Shown here piece by piece: positions 40,782 to 53,394 of a stretch of DNA of 64,000 nt (its first letter is position 1; each line of letters starts with the position of its first letter). The translations under genes were made by a program, and so were the position numbers. Below the pieces are notes generated by a model. That model saw nothing but the letters and a program-made list of their open reading frames with translations. It was not told the origin of the DNA and did no database searches. The stretch is taken from positions 1 to 64,000 of the forward strand of contig JAUFOQ010000004.1 in assembly GCA_040285855.1 (NCBI GenBank), written 5' to 3'. This DNA is from Eukaryota sp. GEM-RC1 (taxonomy: Eukaryota).

Positions 40782-41510
40782 TTACTTACAGCTGTACTGA
40801 GGTCTGAGATCAATATTTGTTGGACATGAAGATATAGGCCAATTGCAAAGATTCCAAACAAGCTTTGCGATATCATTTGGATCGATCATTTTCTTGACAT
40901 TTAATTGAGATCGGTTGGATATCATTGGCGTAGCTACATAGCCAGGACAAATTGAAGTAATCTTTACATGTTCTTCCCGTAAGTCTTCAAATACACATTG
41001 ACTATACCCCTGTAAACCAAATTTGGATGCACAATAAGCAGCACCTGAGGAATATGTGTTCTTTCCGCTCTGGGAAGAAATGAAGATAATGTTCCTGTTC
41101 TGAGAGGATTGTAGAATAGAAGGAACACAGAGTTGGGTCAGTTTCATGACAGAGATCAGATTTGTCTGAATCAATGCTTCAATGTCTCGTAAGTCAGGTT
41201 TTTCTAATAGATTAGCTTTGACATTGACCCCGGCTGCGTGTATAAGGTAATTTAAAGATACAACATGTTGTTCAATTGTATTGACAACACGCTGAATGTA
41301 CTCATCGTCTCTCAAATCACCAAGGACAGTGAGAACATTTATGGCTTCAGAGGCCATCATTAAGCACTCACTTTTGGTTCTTTCCAACCGTTCTGGATTT
41401 CTACCTAAAAGCACAAGAGAAATGTCATGTGAAGCTAGTTCAATAGCTATTGCTCGACCTATGCCTGATGAAGCACCGGTTATCAAGGCAAAATAATTCT
41501 TGCTGGGCAT
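40782..41510 (-). CDS. Short-chain dehydrogenase/reductase
   Basis: ITGASSGIG, YCASK, ICPGYVATPM. Confidence 0.95.
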   Translation of the reverse strand: MPSKNYFALITGASSGIGRAIAIELASHDISLVLLGRNPERLERTKSECLMMASEAINVLTVLGDLRDDEYIQRVVNTIEQHVVSLNYLIHAAGVNVKANLLEKPDLRDIEALIQTNLISVMKLTQLCVPSILQSSQNRNIIFISSQSGKNTYSSGAAYCASKFGLQGYSQCVFEDLREEHVKITSICPGYVATPMISNRSQLNVKKMIDPNDIAKLVWNLCNWPISSCPTNIDLRPQYSCK

Positions 41511-41760
41511 CGACTGAAGGACTGTAACGAAATTGATTTACTGTATCTGTGAATTTCTCTTAAGATGTTCTCTTCTCTCAAATCTCTAAAATAATCTCGA
41601 CCCTCATCGACTTCTTATTTGTCGAACTTAGGTCGCAAATTAGGGCAATACAATAACAGCATGATGAAGGCGGATTAACTTTTCTCCAGTGATCAGTAGG
41701 AAATGATATTGGAAACAATCCAACGACTACTAGTAGTACAATCGCTAAACATTAGAATCA

Positions 41761-42300
41761 CTATGTTTTATTTAAGTCCACCAACTTAATGTCCTGACAT
41801 GTTTGTTTTGTTCTGCTACTCAATACATTGATCACATTTAACAATTCAGTAAGTACATTACGTTGACCATCTTTATGATTTGTACAGTCATGCACAGTAT
41901 TACCAGTGGAGTGTGTCATCAGTTTTGCAGCGTCTTCAATAACAGTACAACTCAGTAACTGTTGTAGAACTTCACATGGAAAGTAGTTGTTCTGTACAAT
42001 TGTGGTGATAGAGACAGGATGACAAGGGAAAGGTGGTGCTGATGATTTAGGATCAATAGTTTTATTAAGACAAGATGTACATTGGCAAAGATCTGAACAC
42101 CCTTTTGGTTGGCAAAACAAGCACAATATTTAGCCACACAGGAACTCTTTTGCATCGACATGATAACAACCTGACCTTGTTAGGTTTGGGCTTTTTCGAG
42201 GAGTTTGGCATTGTTAATCGAATTCATGCTGAGATAAGATATCCGGCGTTATCTGAACAGTAGGTATCGACTATTTGAATGGGTCTACAGGTACATTAAT
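41761..42300 (-). CDS. Tesmin/TSO1-like CXC (CRC) domain protein; frameshifted, 5' end uncertain
   Basis: Joined frames give CRC(K)KSSCVAKYCACFANQKGCSDLCQCTSCLN. Confidence 0.7.
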
Positions 42301-42454
42301 CTAGAATCTTCAATCTACTACTGTACATGTAGAGACTGACTAAATTGACAACTTACCACACAACATTGACTAAAAAGACAATATAGTAACACGACAGTTC
42401 AAGAGGAAACAAACAGATTCAGAATTCTCCTCCAAGTAGTTGTAGTCGCTGTAT

Positions 42455-43399
42455 ATGACTAAACCTCTTTCTATATGTGTTTACGGAACTGGCGCCGTAG
42501 GTCTTTTCTATAGCTCTTATTTATTGAGTTGCAAGAAATGCAATGTCCACTTTCTTCTCAGATCTGACTATGATGCAGTCAAGGATAATGGTATCACAAT
42601 GAATTCAGATGTCTTTCCAGATATGCGATTCGATACTTCTGCGTTCTCTTTCTACAAAGATCCGTCTGACATCAAGGAAAATCTCGATTTCGTACTCATC
42701 TGCTCCAAAACTCTATACAATCAAGACATTATTACAAATGTTCTTCCTAAACTTCTCCAACCAAACACTGCCATTGTTGTTCTTCAGAATGGTCTTGACA
42801 ATGAAATTGCTTTTGCTCAAGCATTCCCCTCTAACCCCGTTTTGGGAGGAATTGCTTTTGTCTGTGCAACTAGAACTGCTCCTGGAGTTGTTCATCACGT
42901 TGACAGAGGTGGTTTGCTCTTAGGACCTCACAACTGCTCTATGGAATTGGTGCATAAGTTTGCTGGACTTTATGAGGGGGCAGACATTGATGTTCACACT
43001 ACAGAAGATCTCAGAACTGCTAGATTCAAGAAATTGGTGTGGAATGTCATTTTCAATGGTTTATCTGTTGTATTATCAGCTGATACCAGTCAATTGACTT
43101 CTCTTGACCGTCTTCGATCTGTTGAACAGCTCATTGGAAACGAGGTCATTAGAGTTGCACAGTCTGTTGGATGTGAAATTCCTTCAGATTTTGTCGCTAA
43201 TGGTATTGCAGTAACTCAGAAAATGGCAAAGTATAAAACCAGCATGTTGGTTGATTACGAAGCCAAGAGACCATTGGAGTTAGAATATTTATTCTATAAA
43301 CTTCTTCAAGTAGCAGATGACAATAACGTCTCTGTTCCAATGTGTACTCTTCTGACTGCTCAATTAGAATTTTTAGATTCTACAAATAGATCGGAATAA
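42455..43399 (+). CDS. panE: 2-dehydropantoate 2-reductase (PanE/ApbA family)
   Basis: YGTGAVG, LQNGL, KKLVWN, YKTSMLVDYEAKRPLELE. Confidence 0.9.
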   Translation: MTKPLSICVYGTGAVGLFYSSYLLSCKKCNVHFLLRSDYDAVKDNGITMNSDVFPDMRFDTSAFSFYKDPSDIKENLDFVLICSKTLYNQDIITNVLPKLLQPNTAIVVLQNGLDNEIAFAQAFPSNPVLGGIAFVCATRTAPGVVHHVDRGGLLLGPHNCSMELVHKFAGLYEGADIDVHTTEDLRTARFKKLVWNVIFNGLSVVLSADTSQLTSLDRLRSVEQLIGNEVIRVAQSVGCEIPSDFVANGIAVTQKMAKYKTSMLVDYEAKRPLELEYLFYKLLQVADDNNVSVPMCTLLTAQLEFLDSTNRSE

Positions 43400-43663
43400 A
43401 TAAATTGTATATGTTATTTGTGGGGTTATTGCATATTTCAAACGAATAGAATATTTAAATTTTAAACAAGGAAGAGACAACTTCGAAACTGATAAAAACC
43501 TTGTCAATATAGTTGTTTCTTTGGGAACTTTCTGTTCAGTGAAATATACTTGTAAAATCTGAAGTATACATATCATTTTCAAACGATTGTAGTATTAACA
43601 AACGTATTTCACATGATCAAAAGAAATAACTAAAACAATACATCAAAGAGATCAAATGTTGAA

Positions 43664-46358
43664 TTAATCTTCTTCTAACTCATTTAATAACCGTAGCCGT
43701 GCAAAAATAAAACTCAAAAAGCCAGAATATTCAAATACTGACAAATTTGAAATTATACCAATTTGATCATCCGGGGGTTCACTTAGTACCCCAGATGACT
43801 GTAACAAGACTGAACTTGAAGCCCCAAAAACTGAGCTGAAAACTTGGGAATGAAAGGACAATTGCAGAGATCTGATGGATCCAAGAGTGGCCTTGAAAAC
43901 TTCAAAAAGCTTTTGAACTGACTTTGAACTGTAATCTGCGTCAAGAGAAGTAAAATGAGAGTCAAGAGACTTCAGAAGACTCCTTAAATGACCTTTTTTC
44001 TCTTGCATCGTAATCGATGCAAGGAAATATCACGTTACACACTCTTTTGATGGATGACGTCAACACTCTATAAGGAATAATTGATGGGTGAATCTTAGAG
44101 AAACGAGAAAATAACTCAATGCAAGGAAATCCAAAGTAAAGAATTGTTGTGATAAACGGAGAAAAGTCAAGAGAATTCTCTTGACGAGGATCAGATGTAG
44201 AAGGAGAAAATAGAACATAAAATCTGTGGAATAACGTGATATCGGAAAAGTTGAGATACAAATATCTAGTCCGTAGGAACTTAACAAATTGAGAAAAACA
44301 GACATGTCGAGATCCTAAATCAATGAGGAAATTATCAATCTCCTTTTTAAATTGTCTAATGTAAGATTGCTGATATTTCAAATAAAAAGTGATAACGTTC
44401 TCAAATAGAAGGAAAAGAGGATATTTGCTGTTTTTCCAGAAATTCTTGTGAAAAAATGATTCATACGTAGTTTCATCAATACAATCAAATAGGTCACGTA
44501 TTTTTGAGTGAGACACTGATTGAGAATCAACCATGGGCGGTAAAATATCTAAATTTAAATATAGGCCAGGATAGAAATATTCAATAAATTTGATTAAGAA
44601 CAACAAAACATCAAGAGGATACTCTTCTTTAAGAAAAGATAGAAACAACTTCAATTCTGATAGTGCTGATTGTTGACTGGGGTCAGAAGAAAAGCTCTTT
44701 AAATTGATTGCTGACACGATAGCTTTTTGAAGAGAAATTCCGTTAGAAATAGAACACAGTTCCGAAAACCTAGGAAGATGGAATAACGTGGATCTATTTC
44801 CATCACAAGGGTCAAAATCAATTGGATCATTAATCAAATTAGATTTTGGTCTGTAAAACGCATTTACGTGCCAGGAATGAGCTACAGTCTTGATATAAAA
44901 GTTCAAAGTTCGCCTAAAAAGAATTTGGATACCGGAAACTGTAAAACTGGAGGTCTCGTCAGTCCTATCAGCCATACAAAAGAAGGGGAGAAATAGAAAA
45001 TGGCGGGAAAAATGATTGATAGACGATTGCTTATGATCAGAAACGTCAACATCAGCATCGATTTTAATCAAATCAAAATTCTGTCGATTTTCCTGCTTTT
45101 TATTTGATTCTTTTACAACAATGTCTTCCAATTCTCGTATTCTTTCTTTTAAACGGAAACTCTCAGTCTCGTACATTTTAATAGTATTGGAATCTCCAAC
45201 AGACTGCCTTAATAACTTTTTGTTTTCTTTTAAAATATCCGAAATATTTCCAATGTTCGAAACACCTTCACAAGATATATTGTCCTTAATTAGCTTTTCA
45301 ACTCTTAGAATTCTTCCAACTAATTCCCCGAGTTCTCTCCAGTCCCAATCTACTAACTTTGCATCAGCTATTTCGAATCCAAGCAACTTTAAAGCAGTTT
45401 CAAGTTCAGTAAGCTTAAGGCCAAGATCTGAAACCCCCTTATTTAAAGCAGTATCATAGAACTGACAACGTTCACAGACATGTTCTACAGTTGGAGAGGC
45501 AACTTCATCTGACACAATTGAGCTCATTGATTGTGAGCTAATCAAACTCTGACTTTTGGAATGTTTCAGATTCTTTACACGTTCATCATCCAATTCTGAT
45601 TGAAGATAACCAACTTTCTGTTTCAGTAACTGTAATTGATGAAGATCATTTGCAGTGGTAATTTTGAATTCAATGTGTTCTTGTTTGAGTTTTTTAAAAA
45701 TTTTGTTGAAATTTGCCACTGCAATTCTCAAATCACTGTTCTTCTGACTTTCTACTTCCAATTGCTTAATCATTTTTGATTCCCTCGATTTAAACTCATC
45801 TCTTGTTTGAGTAATGAAATGTTTGGCACGCTGATTGGTTTTCGAAATTTCTTCCGAAAGTTGACTTACTTGATCCTTGTGATCAGATTTAAGTTGATTC
45901 AAAGTTCTAGTATGGTCATCAAGACGTTGTTTTTTGAGAGAAGATTCTCGTGTCAGTGACTGAGACAGTATGGTGAGGACAGAGATACTGAGTTTGGCTA
46001 GCGTAGATGCATCAGCACACCAGGAAGTAAGAATGGAAGAAAATGACGTGAAAACAGATATTAGAGAATTAGAAAGGTGTTTCGCAGAGTCCAGAGGAGA
46101 AAGTGAATGTTTTGTTGAGTGTAAATTGGTGGCATCATGTTCAAGAAGTATTGACTGTAGCCGAGAGGATAGCTTATGTAGATCATTGCGGTTGAAGGAA
46201 GTGGATGAGATGCCATCTGATTGGTATGAATGACCAAGAGAAGTTCTGGCTCGACTAAGTGCAGAGCGATTCCCCAAAGAAGGAGCCAGATTGTGGACAT
46301 CAGTTGAATGAGGGGGAAGAGCGAAATTAGGTGATCCAAAGTTGGAAAGGTGCGACAT
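43664..46358 (-). CDS. Uncharacterised coiled-coil protein; frame break near 44000
   Basis: 798-aa ORF plus an overlapping 114-aa ORF; heptad-rich N-terminal half. Confidence 0.7.
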
Positions 46359-46420
46359 CAGCTATAAGCTTGTGAATGTCAGTAATAATGTCCTGTTGAG
46401 GGACAATGTACAGTACAATG

Positions 46421-47305
46421 CAGTGTTGTCAAATGCGCACTTTTTCCAGAAATGAAATGCGTCAAAATGCGCCAAATGCGCGCATTTCTGCGCATTTTGA
46501 CGCATTTTGGCTGAATGCGCGCATTTTACGTGCGCATTTTGATTTCGAACTTGAGACACCCCATAAATAAAAATCTTTTTCGTCATACTGATTCATGTAC
46601 TCGTAATTCTCTATATTCCATATCCGTTTCGATATGTATCAAAATCCCACATAATTTGGCATCACGCTACAATTGTATACCAACCTCCTTCCAAAGGTTC
46701 TGTTGTATCAGAAGCTACAGTTCATTGTCATCATTGTGTCCACCAGTCCGTCACTGGAACTATTCGTTTGAAACAACACTTTGTACCGGGAACGACGTAA
46801 TGTTTCCTCGTTCAAAACTGTGTTCAGAACTCGTTGAAAGTCTTTAAGCTGAGTTGAGAGCTCGAAAACGCACATCCTCTTCTCATTGACCAATCTCATT
46901 AAACAACTGTTACTGTTGATCACATACTCTATACAGAAAATGTGTTTGAACTTTAAGGACATACAGTGGACGTTTGTGTCTTAATAAATGGTCTTTAAAC
47001 CATATTTCATTCAGTATTTTATACAATATTAACCCTTTATGGTTTTGTATCGATTCACATTGTGATATCAACAGAATGTTCATTGAATTGTATACAATAC
47101 AACTTTGCATTTGTCCAACAAAGGAGGTACTGCAAAACACTGTTTTGAGATCAACATCAATGTTATTGTATATATAGACTTATACAGAAGCACAACAACA
47201 ACAAAAAGTTCAAAAAAAATCTCAAAGTTAAAATGCGCAAGATCACAAAATCCCTAATGCGCCAAATGCGCGCATTTGACGCACTTCTGAAAATTGATAA
47301 CACTG
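46421..47305. mobile_element. Non-autonomous hAT-type element with AAATGCGC subterminal repeats
   Basis: TIR CAGTGTTGTCAA...TTGATAACACTG; perfect TSD GTACAATG. Confidence 0.9.
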
Positions 47306-47332
47306 GTACAATGTATTTGTATTAAGGAGATT

Positions 47333-47616
47333 ACTGTGAATTTGATAACAACTGCTTACTACTACTAGTAGTACAGTAGTACTCCCACTTATGAAATTCA
47401 CTCCTGTTTTCACAGGTTGTAAGAGACATATAGCGTCATCTGACAAAGATAATCATGATCTTCATCAACGAGCTACATCACTTAGATAGACCGACTGCTT
47501 ACACAGCTTACACTGCTTACACAGAACAAAGTTTCTTAGACTTAATCTATCTAAATGGATCTGACAAACATATCTACCGAAGATAGATACATCACCAGGT
47601 CGGTCTCAAAGTGGTT
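47333..47616 (-). ncRNA. Stand-alone putative Fanzor omegaRNA scaffold (copy of 60027-60287)
   Basis: The reverse complement closely matches the sequence 3' of the second Fanzor; homology stops sharply at AAATTCACAGT. Confidence 0.72.
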
Positions 47617-47814
47617 AACTATTGATATAACCATTTACATAACCATGTGGCTAAACGGCTTCTTTCATCTTTGAACTTTCAAGAGAATTGAGGTAAGTCA
47701 TCCCCTGGGGATGTCAAAGCTTCGCAGATGCTGCATTCTTACCACTTTCCATGTCAAATATAGTTGAGTATTTTGAAAGGAATGGCGTTGAGGGGACATT
47801 TTCTAACGGTAAAT

Positions 47815-47960
47815 CTTACCGGTTTGGTGACTCAGTTGACTCTGAGAGAAGCTTTGCGTTAGCTTGCCTAAACGGTTTACACCCAGTTGACTCTGAGGGA
47901 AGCTGACGGTTCAAGCTTGCCTTTACCGGTTTGATATCCCAGTTATACTCTGGGGGCTTA
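47815..47960. repeat. ~55-bp imperfect tandem repeat, with a related copy at ~34060-34110
   Basis: CAGTTGACTCTGAG..AAGCT units; GGAAGCTGACGGTT.AAGCTT shared with 34075-34098. Confidence 0.6.
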
Positions 47961-48694
47961 TAGTCATGACACATAAAAAAAGCAACCCAACAAATTGATT
48001 TTCGCACATCTACAGTAGATTTTCCGACTTCCCACTTCTTCATCGTTGCAATGTTTACTTCATAGATTGTCTATTTTGAGCTCCTGTTTGTCTATTCTTA
48101 AAGTATCCTGGAATTCTGCTTCTTCATTCAAAGCCAATGTTTTTCAATATCATTTCTTGGAATTATGTGTAAACTCTTTCAATGAAGACATTTGCAACTT
48201 TATATAATGGTAAGAATACTATGCTTTTTAAATATAGAGTGATAACTGAACTGTAATACTGGAGTGCTACTAGTAGTAGCGTAACGTACTCAGAGTAGCC
48301 GAGTACGAGCCTGTTGAGGAAGTTGTTATGTCTATGGATTTGGCTGACATTGAATCAGAAGAGGCGGTTACATTTCTGAAACTGGTCAGAGAGTCGAAGT
48401 GTCTATTTTGTGATAGGAAATCACAGCAACCGTATAGCGAAATCCACGAACAAGTGTATATAAAGAGGTATGATACCTCAAAGAATTCAAATCAAACCAA
48501 TCGAGTTTTCCATGACAGCAATTGCACTAGGAGGTTGAGGAAGGTTACCTTAAGGCATAACAAGATCGAAACAGATGACACAGGAGGAGAAAGAATGACA
48601 GTGAACAACGTTTTGGGAGTCTGGAGCGAAAATGGTGTTAAGCACCTGAAAAGAAATTCACAGTATCAAAAAGGCCAATTTGTTGAATAGCAGA

Positions 48695-48742
48695 AACCAA
48701 TCCTATGATTAGCGTTTTAAAACTCTAATCATAGGATTGGTT
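48695..48742. repeat. 48-bp palindrome
   Basis: AACCAATCCTATGATTAGcGTTTT|AAAACtCTAATCATAGGATTGGTT, one mismatch. Confidence 0.9.
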
Positions 48743-48963
48743 GTTGTGGGCAAAAACTTGGGTAAGGAGTATTATAATGAGCAGCAACGTGTAACGACTT
48801 TGATTCTATGGTTGCAATTGAATTTGTCTTGTATATGTACAAGTTCACTTGTATTAACATCTACATTTAATCAAATTCAGTCTAACAATCATTTTTGGAT
48901 ATATTAAATGTAGAGAACGATAAGAAAGAAGAAGATGGAGGTTTACCTTTTATTACACATTGA

Positions 48964-50532
48964 TTACAACTTCAAAGTTCCACCAAATCCTTTAATTCCA
49001 TTCCAAACAAAAGTATTATCAAGAGGAATAAATTGATTGGTAACTAGTTTAATTATTTCCTGAGCACAAATAGATCCGGAAATAGAAGACAAACAATGCA
49101 GTTGCGCATCTTGTGCTCTCACTACTTCCTCAAACAAATCTTCTGTTAATTCACTTCGTAACTTTCCTTTCATTCCCCACTCAGAATCCAAATGAGATAA
49201 TAAAAGACCAAAAGCTTTCTTATCGTCATCTGATGCAGGTAATCTTGCATGGGCATCAAAGAACCTTGAACAGCAAACGAACACTGCCAAAATATTACTA
49301 CAAGAAGACGAGGTGGTGTCCTCGAGAGAAGAGATGATATCACTAACATTAAGAGAGTCTGGGTCAAAGAAGGAGGTGGGATATGAAGACAAATGCAGAT
49401 TCCATAAATTCTTACATAATTTTGAAAATTTGGTATTTAATTCAGTTGGTGCTAACGTGACAGTTTTTGGATTCTCTCTAACCAAAATCGAGTATAATTC
49501 CTGTAAACAAGCTAAATCCTCAGAATACAAAAATTTAAAAGAATCTCTGATAATTAAAAAAGATTTGGAGTCAGAATTCATATCTGGAACGTAACCATTA
49601 TGAGGCAACCTGTTAAACATCTGATAAAACTTATAGACACACGTCATCAAAGTCCAAAACTCGTCAGCAACAGAGACTTTTGAAGAACTGATTAAATCAA
49701 AACACTCTTGGACAGTGGAAGGAATTTCCAATGTTTTGAATATTTGAAATAGATTAGATTGTGCTTCTACAACTGACTCATTGACACTAAAGGACTGAGT
49801 AATTTCACTCAAAATCCTTTCCACCTCCATATAATCTCCCCTTTGAACTTCTCTCCCAAACTCCTCTTTAAACCGTTGAATTGAGGTGAGTACATAGACA
49901 ATCCATGGAATGGCATCTGAAGAATCTAAACCCACTTCTTGAAAATGAGAAGTAAGTTTTAAGATATTATCAGGCGGTGACGTCAACAGAGGGTAAAAGA
50001 TTGGATCATTATGAGTTTCAATCACGTGATAAGTTCCAGCAAAGAGTTGAATTGAGAAGAAAGGACCAAGTAAAGTAGATGTAATGAGAGGAACTGACAA
50101 CTGGTGGCACTGCTTAACACAAGTACTGAAGAAAGAGAATGAACATGAGAAGGTAGCCACAAGAGATGGGAGAGAGAGCGCAAGAAGGCAGGGTCTTGGA
50201 CAGCCTTACTGGGATTGAGATTAAGATGAGAAAAGGAAACTTGGTCATTAAGCTTGGAAAAGTTATTCACCAGAGATTCACCCAAAGAAGAACCAACATC
50301 TGAAGGAGTAAGGAAAAAGTCACGTTGAACATCACGTTCAGTAACCATAGAATCATCTACAATGATGATTTTGCCAACACCAGGGAGAACAAGATTCTTG
50401 ATTGTTTCCAGAGGAAGAGGGTGAAGAGCCAAGAATAACAATAATAGACGAAGTCAATGCTGACTGTCCGTGGGCACCCCAAAGACGCAATTGTCTATCA
50501 TAACGCTGAGAAGGATCGAAGGTTCCAGTCAT
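48964..50532 (-). CDS. NAE1: NEDD8-activating enzyme E1 regulatory subunit (APPBP1/Ula1/AXR1); two frame breaks
   Basis: RYDRQLRLWGAHGQ, ETIKNLVLPGVG, IPWIV, LPHNGYVPDMNSDS, AQEIIKLVTNQFIPLDNTFVWNG. Confidence 0.93.
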
Positions 50533-50554
50533 TGACAAAATTTTGTTATAAAAA

Positions 50555-52166
50555 ATGCCTTCATTGATAACATCCTTGCTTGAAAGGAGAATTCAATGGG
50601 TTGAGGAGACAAGGAAAGATGCTCAAATGGAGCGGTTGCTTAGTGGCTCCAAACATAAAGTAGATCGGACTGCTACTTCTACCGATGGCTTCCTCCTTCC
50701 TCCTAAACCTCTTTTCCCTTATGAAAGAACCTCTAAGTGGTTGTCTCTTCCATCACCTGTGAGACATTCTTCAGGATTCAATAAGTGTGTTTCTCTCTTT
50801 TTCTCACCAAAGTATTGGAAACACCTGTTTCCTCAATGCCACTCTTCAAGCAATCCTCAATCTTCCCCCTTTCTACATCTACCTTCGTACTTGCCATGGA
50901 TCATGTAATAAGTCTGGCTTCTGCTCCATATGTGCCCTTAAACGACTTTCTCTTAAGGCTTTTAGCTCCAATAGACCCATCGTTCCCACTGAAATCACCT
51001 CCCATATCAGAGCTTTAAGAAAGTCCTTCCGAATTGGTAGACAAGAGGATGCTCATGAGTTTCTTTTATCACTTTTTGGACATTTTCAAGATTGTATAAC
51101 TGGTGGGCCAAAGATGGAGCGTAAAATGCCTCCAAAAGTTCCTTATACTACTGTATTATACCAAATGATTGGTTGTTTTCTGGCTTCTTCAGTGGAGTGT
51201 CATAATTGCCATCACGTATCACGTATTTTTGAACCTGTCCTAGGACTTTCTCTTGAAATCAATAGAAAATCCAAGTCAATTGAGGGAGCATTGGATAAAT
51301 TCGTGTCTAAAGAAGATGTACAGTCCTTCAAATGTGATTCTTGTAAGACAACAACATCAGTATCCAAATGGTTTTCTATTAGAACTTTACCCAATGTCCT
51401 TTTAATTCACTTGAAAAGATTTTCTTTTCTAGGAAGAGGGTCTAAGGTGTGTACTCCTGTACAATTTCCTGAAAATTTAAATTTGTCAAAATATTTGGCT
51501 TTTCCTGAGGATGGGTTTCAATACACTCTGCACTCACTCATTCTCCATCACGGAAGATCCCTCTCTTTTGGCCATTATACCTCCTATGTTAAGTCCTCTA
51601 ATGGACTCTGGTACCACTATGATGACGAAAGAGTTTCCCAGGTTTCACTTCAAACAGTTCTTAGTAAGACTGAGGCGTATATTGTTATTTATGTTCGTGT
51701 TGGTGAAGGTAATTGTTCCATTGATGAAGAACTTGGCGATATTCAACCGCTGGTATCGTCACATGTCGTAGAAAAGGTTCCAAAACAACTACCTTCTGTT
51801 GATTTCACTTTGACTTGTGGAAAAAGGAAGGCTTTTGAAAATAAGTCAAATTTAAAAAAGTCAAATGGTGGAAGTATTTTAAAATTTGATGAAGATCGGC
51901 CTAATAGACCTTTGGTTATCTCAATTAAATCAAAGAAGTCGTCTGCTGCTTCTTATTTTTCATCGGCTAAAGCTGCGGAAACAGACTTAGAACAATGGGG
52001 TGGCGGTCAAGAACTTAGTGTCCTTAGGGATCAGGAAGCTGGTAGAAAAATTAGAAATTTAAATGTTATTTCTGATTACGACAGAAGGCTAGATGTCTCC
52101 GAAAGCTTCAAAGAAAGGAAAGAAAAAGAAATCTGCTCGATACAACGATTTGAAGAGTTCTTTTAA
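50555..52166 (+). CDS. Ubiquitin-specific protease (USP36/USP42-like) with a 28-nt intron (50785-50812)
   Basis: Spliced Cys box GFNNIGNTCFLNATLQ; GRQEDAHEFL; IHLKRF; His box HHGRSLSFGHY; WYHYDDERV. Confidence 0.92.
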
Positions 52167-52298
52167 TAAAGTTAAAAGACGATAAGAACTTTTATGTAGT
52201 TTGTTAGATTGAACATTAGTTATTATAATTTATTTTGTTTTGAGGATCGTTTGTTAGCAATTGTTGTATTCAATTAATTTCTTATACATATGACTGGC

Positions 52299-52640
52299 CA
52301 GGGAACGCTAATAAATATTTTTTTTGCAATATTTATTGCCTGACATTGCAATATTTAAATAAATATGATTGAAGTGAAACACTTAGAGGTGTGCACAATT
52401 CACACATTTGAACTGAAATACTGTTCATCAACTTTAGTTTGTTCCTTATTTATCAACTGTTTCATTAATGAGTTAAGTTGGTTTCAATTAGGATTTGTGT
52501 CTTACTAAATGGCATAACAACTAGGGTCCATATTTATTTAAATATTGCAACAAATATTGCAAAATAAGGAATCTGTATTAATATATATTTTCATCTAATC
52601 ACAATAACATATTCATTTAAATATTTATTAGTTCTCCCTG
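52299..52640. mobile_element. hAT-type MITE
   Basis: CAGGGA...CTAATAAATATTT inverted ends; TSD tGACTGGc/cGACTGGt. Confidence 0.72.
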
Positions 52641-52840
52641 CGACTGGTTAACGCTTTGTTCATTTATCATCATTATACTCAACACTTGACTGCAAGCATG
52701 GAATTGTTTCAATGATGCTTTCACGCAGAAAAAAATTTTTGGCAATTCAATAATGTAGTTCCGTTCTTACAATTAATCACTTTGTGTTACATTGACCTAA
52801 TAGAACTATTGACAAACACAACTCAACTTTTACTTAATAC

Positions 52841-53350
52841 TAGGAATGTTAAGTGATTCAGTTCAAAACCAGTTCAGTACACGATTACGCTGACTTGAAC
52901 CGATTCTTTTTAGATGACTGATCTAACGCATGAAACTACAATTTTCCCGAGCATAATTTTTATGTTATTGTCTTAGAGATGTACATCAATCAAAAATGGC
53001 CGTGAGATTGAATATGTTTGTTTATTTTACTTAGACTCTACTCTACTTCTCTTCAAAATCTTTTCATAACATAAATGCTTCAATTCAACCCAACAGTGGT
53101 GCCTTGAAATAGTTTACTTTCACCTGCTGGACGTAATGTTAGTAATAAGAGGGCCAGATTGAGTGTGTCCAATCTCTCATATGTCTTCGCTTCATGTATT
53201 TTGCAGACTAATAAATCGATGTTTTTGTTCAATTCAATGATAAATTTGAATTGTACTATTGACTGAACGAATTTATTAAACTGAAGCATGATGCAGAACT
53301 GATTCAGTTCATATTAGTAGTGAACTGAACTGAACCATTTAACAGTCCTA
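52841..53350. mobile_element. hAT-type MITE (TAGGAATG family)
   Basis: TAGGAATGTTAA...TTAACAGTCCTA; TSD CTtAATAC/CTaAATAC; GTTCA repeats. Confidence 0.8.
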
Positions 53351-53394
53351 CTAAATACTCAATATAATAATACACTATTGTATAAGAACAATCT

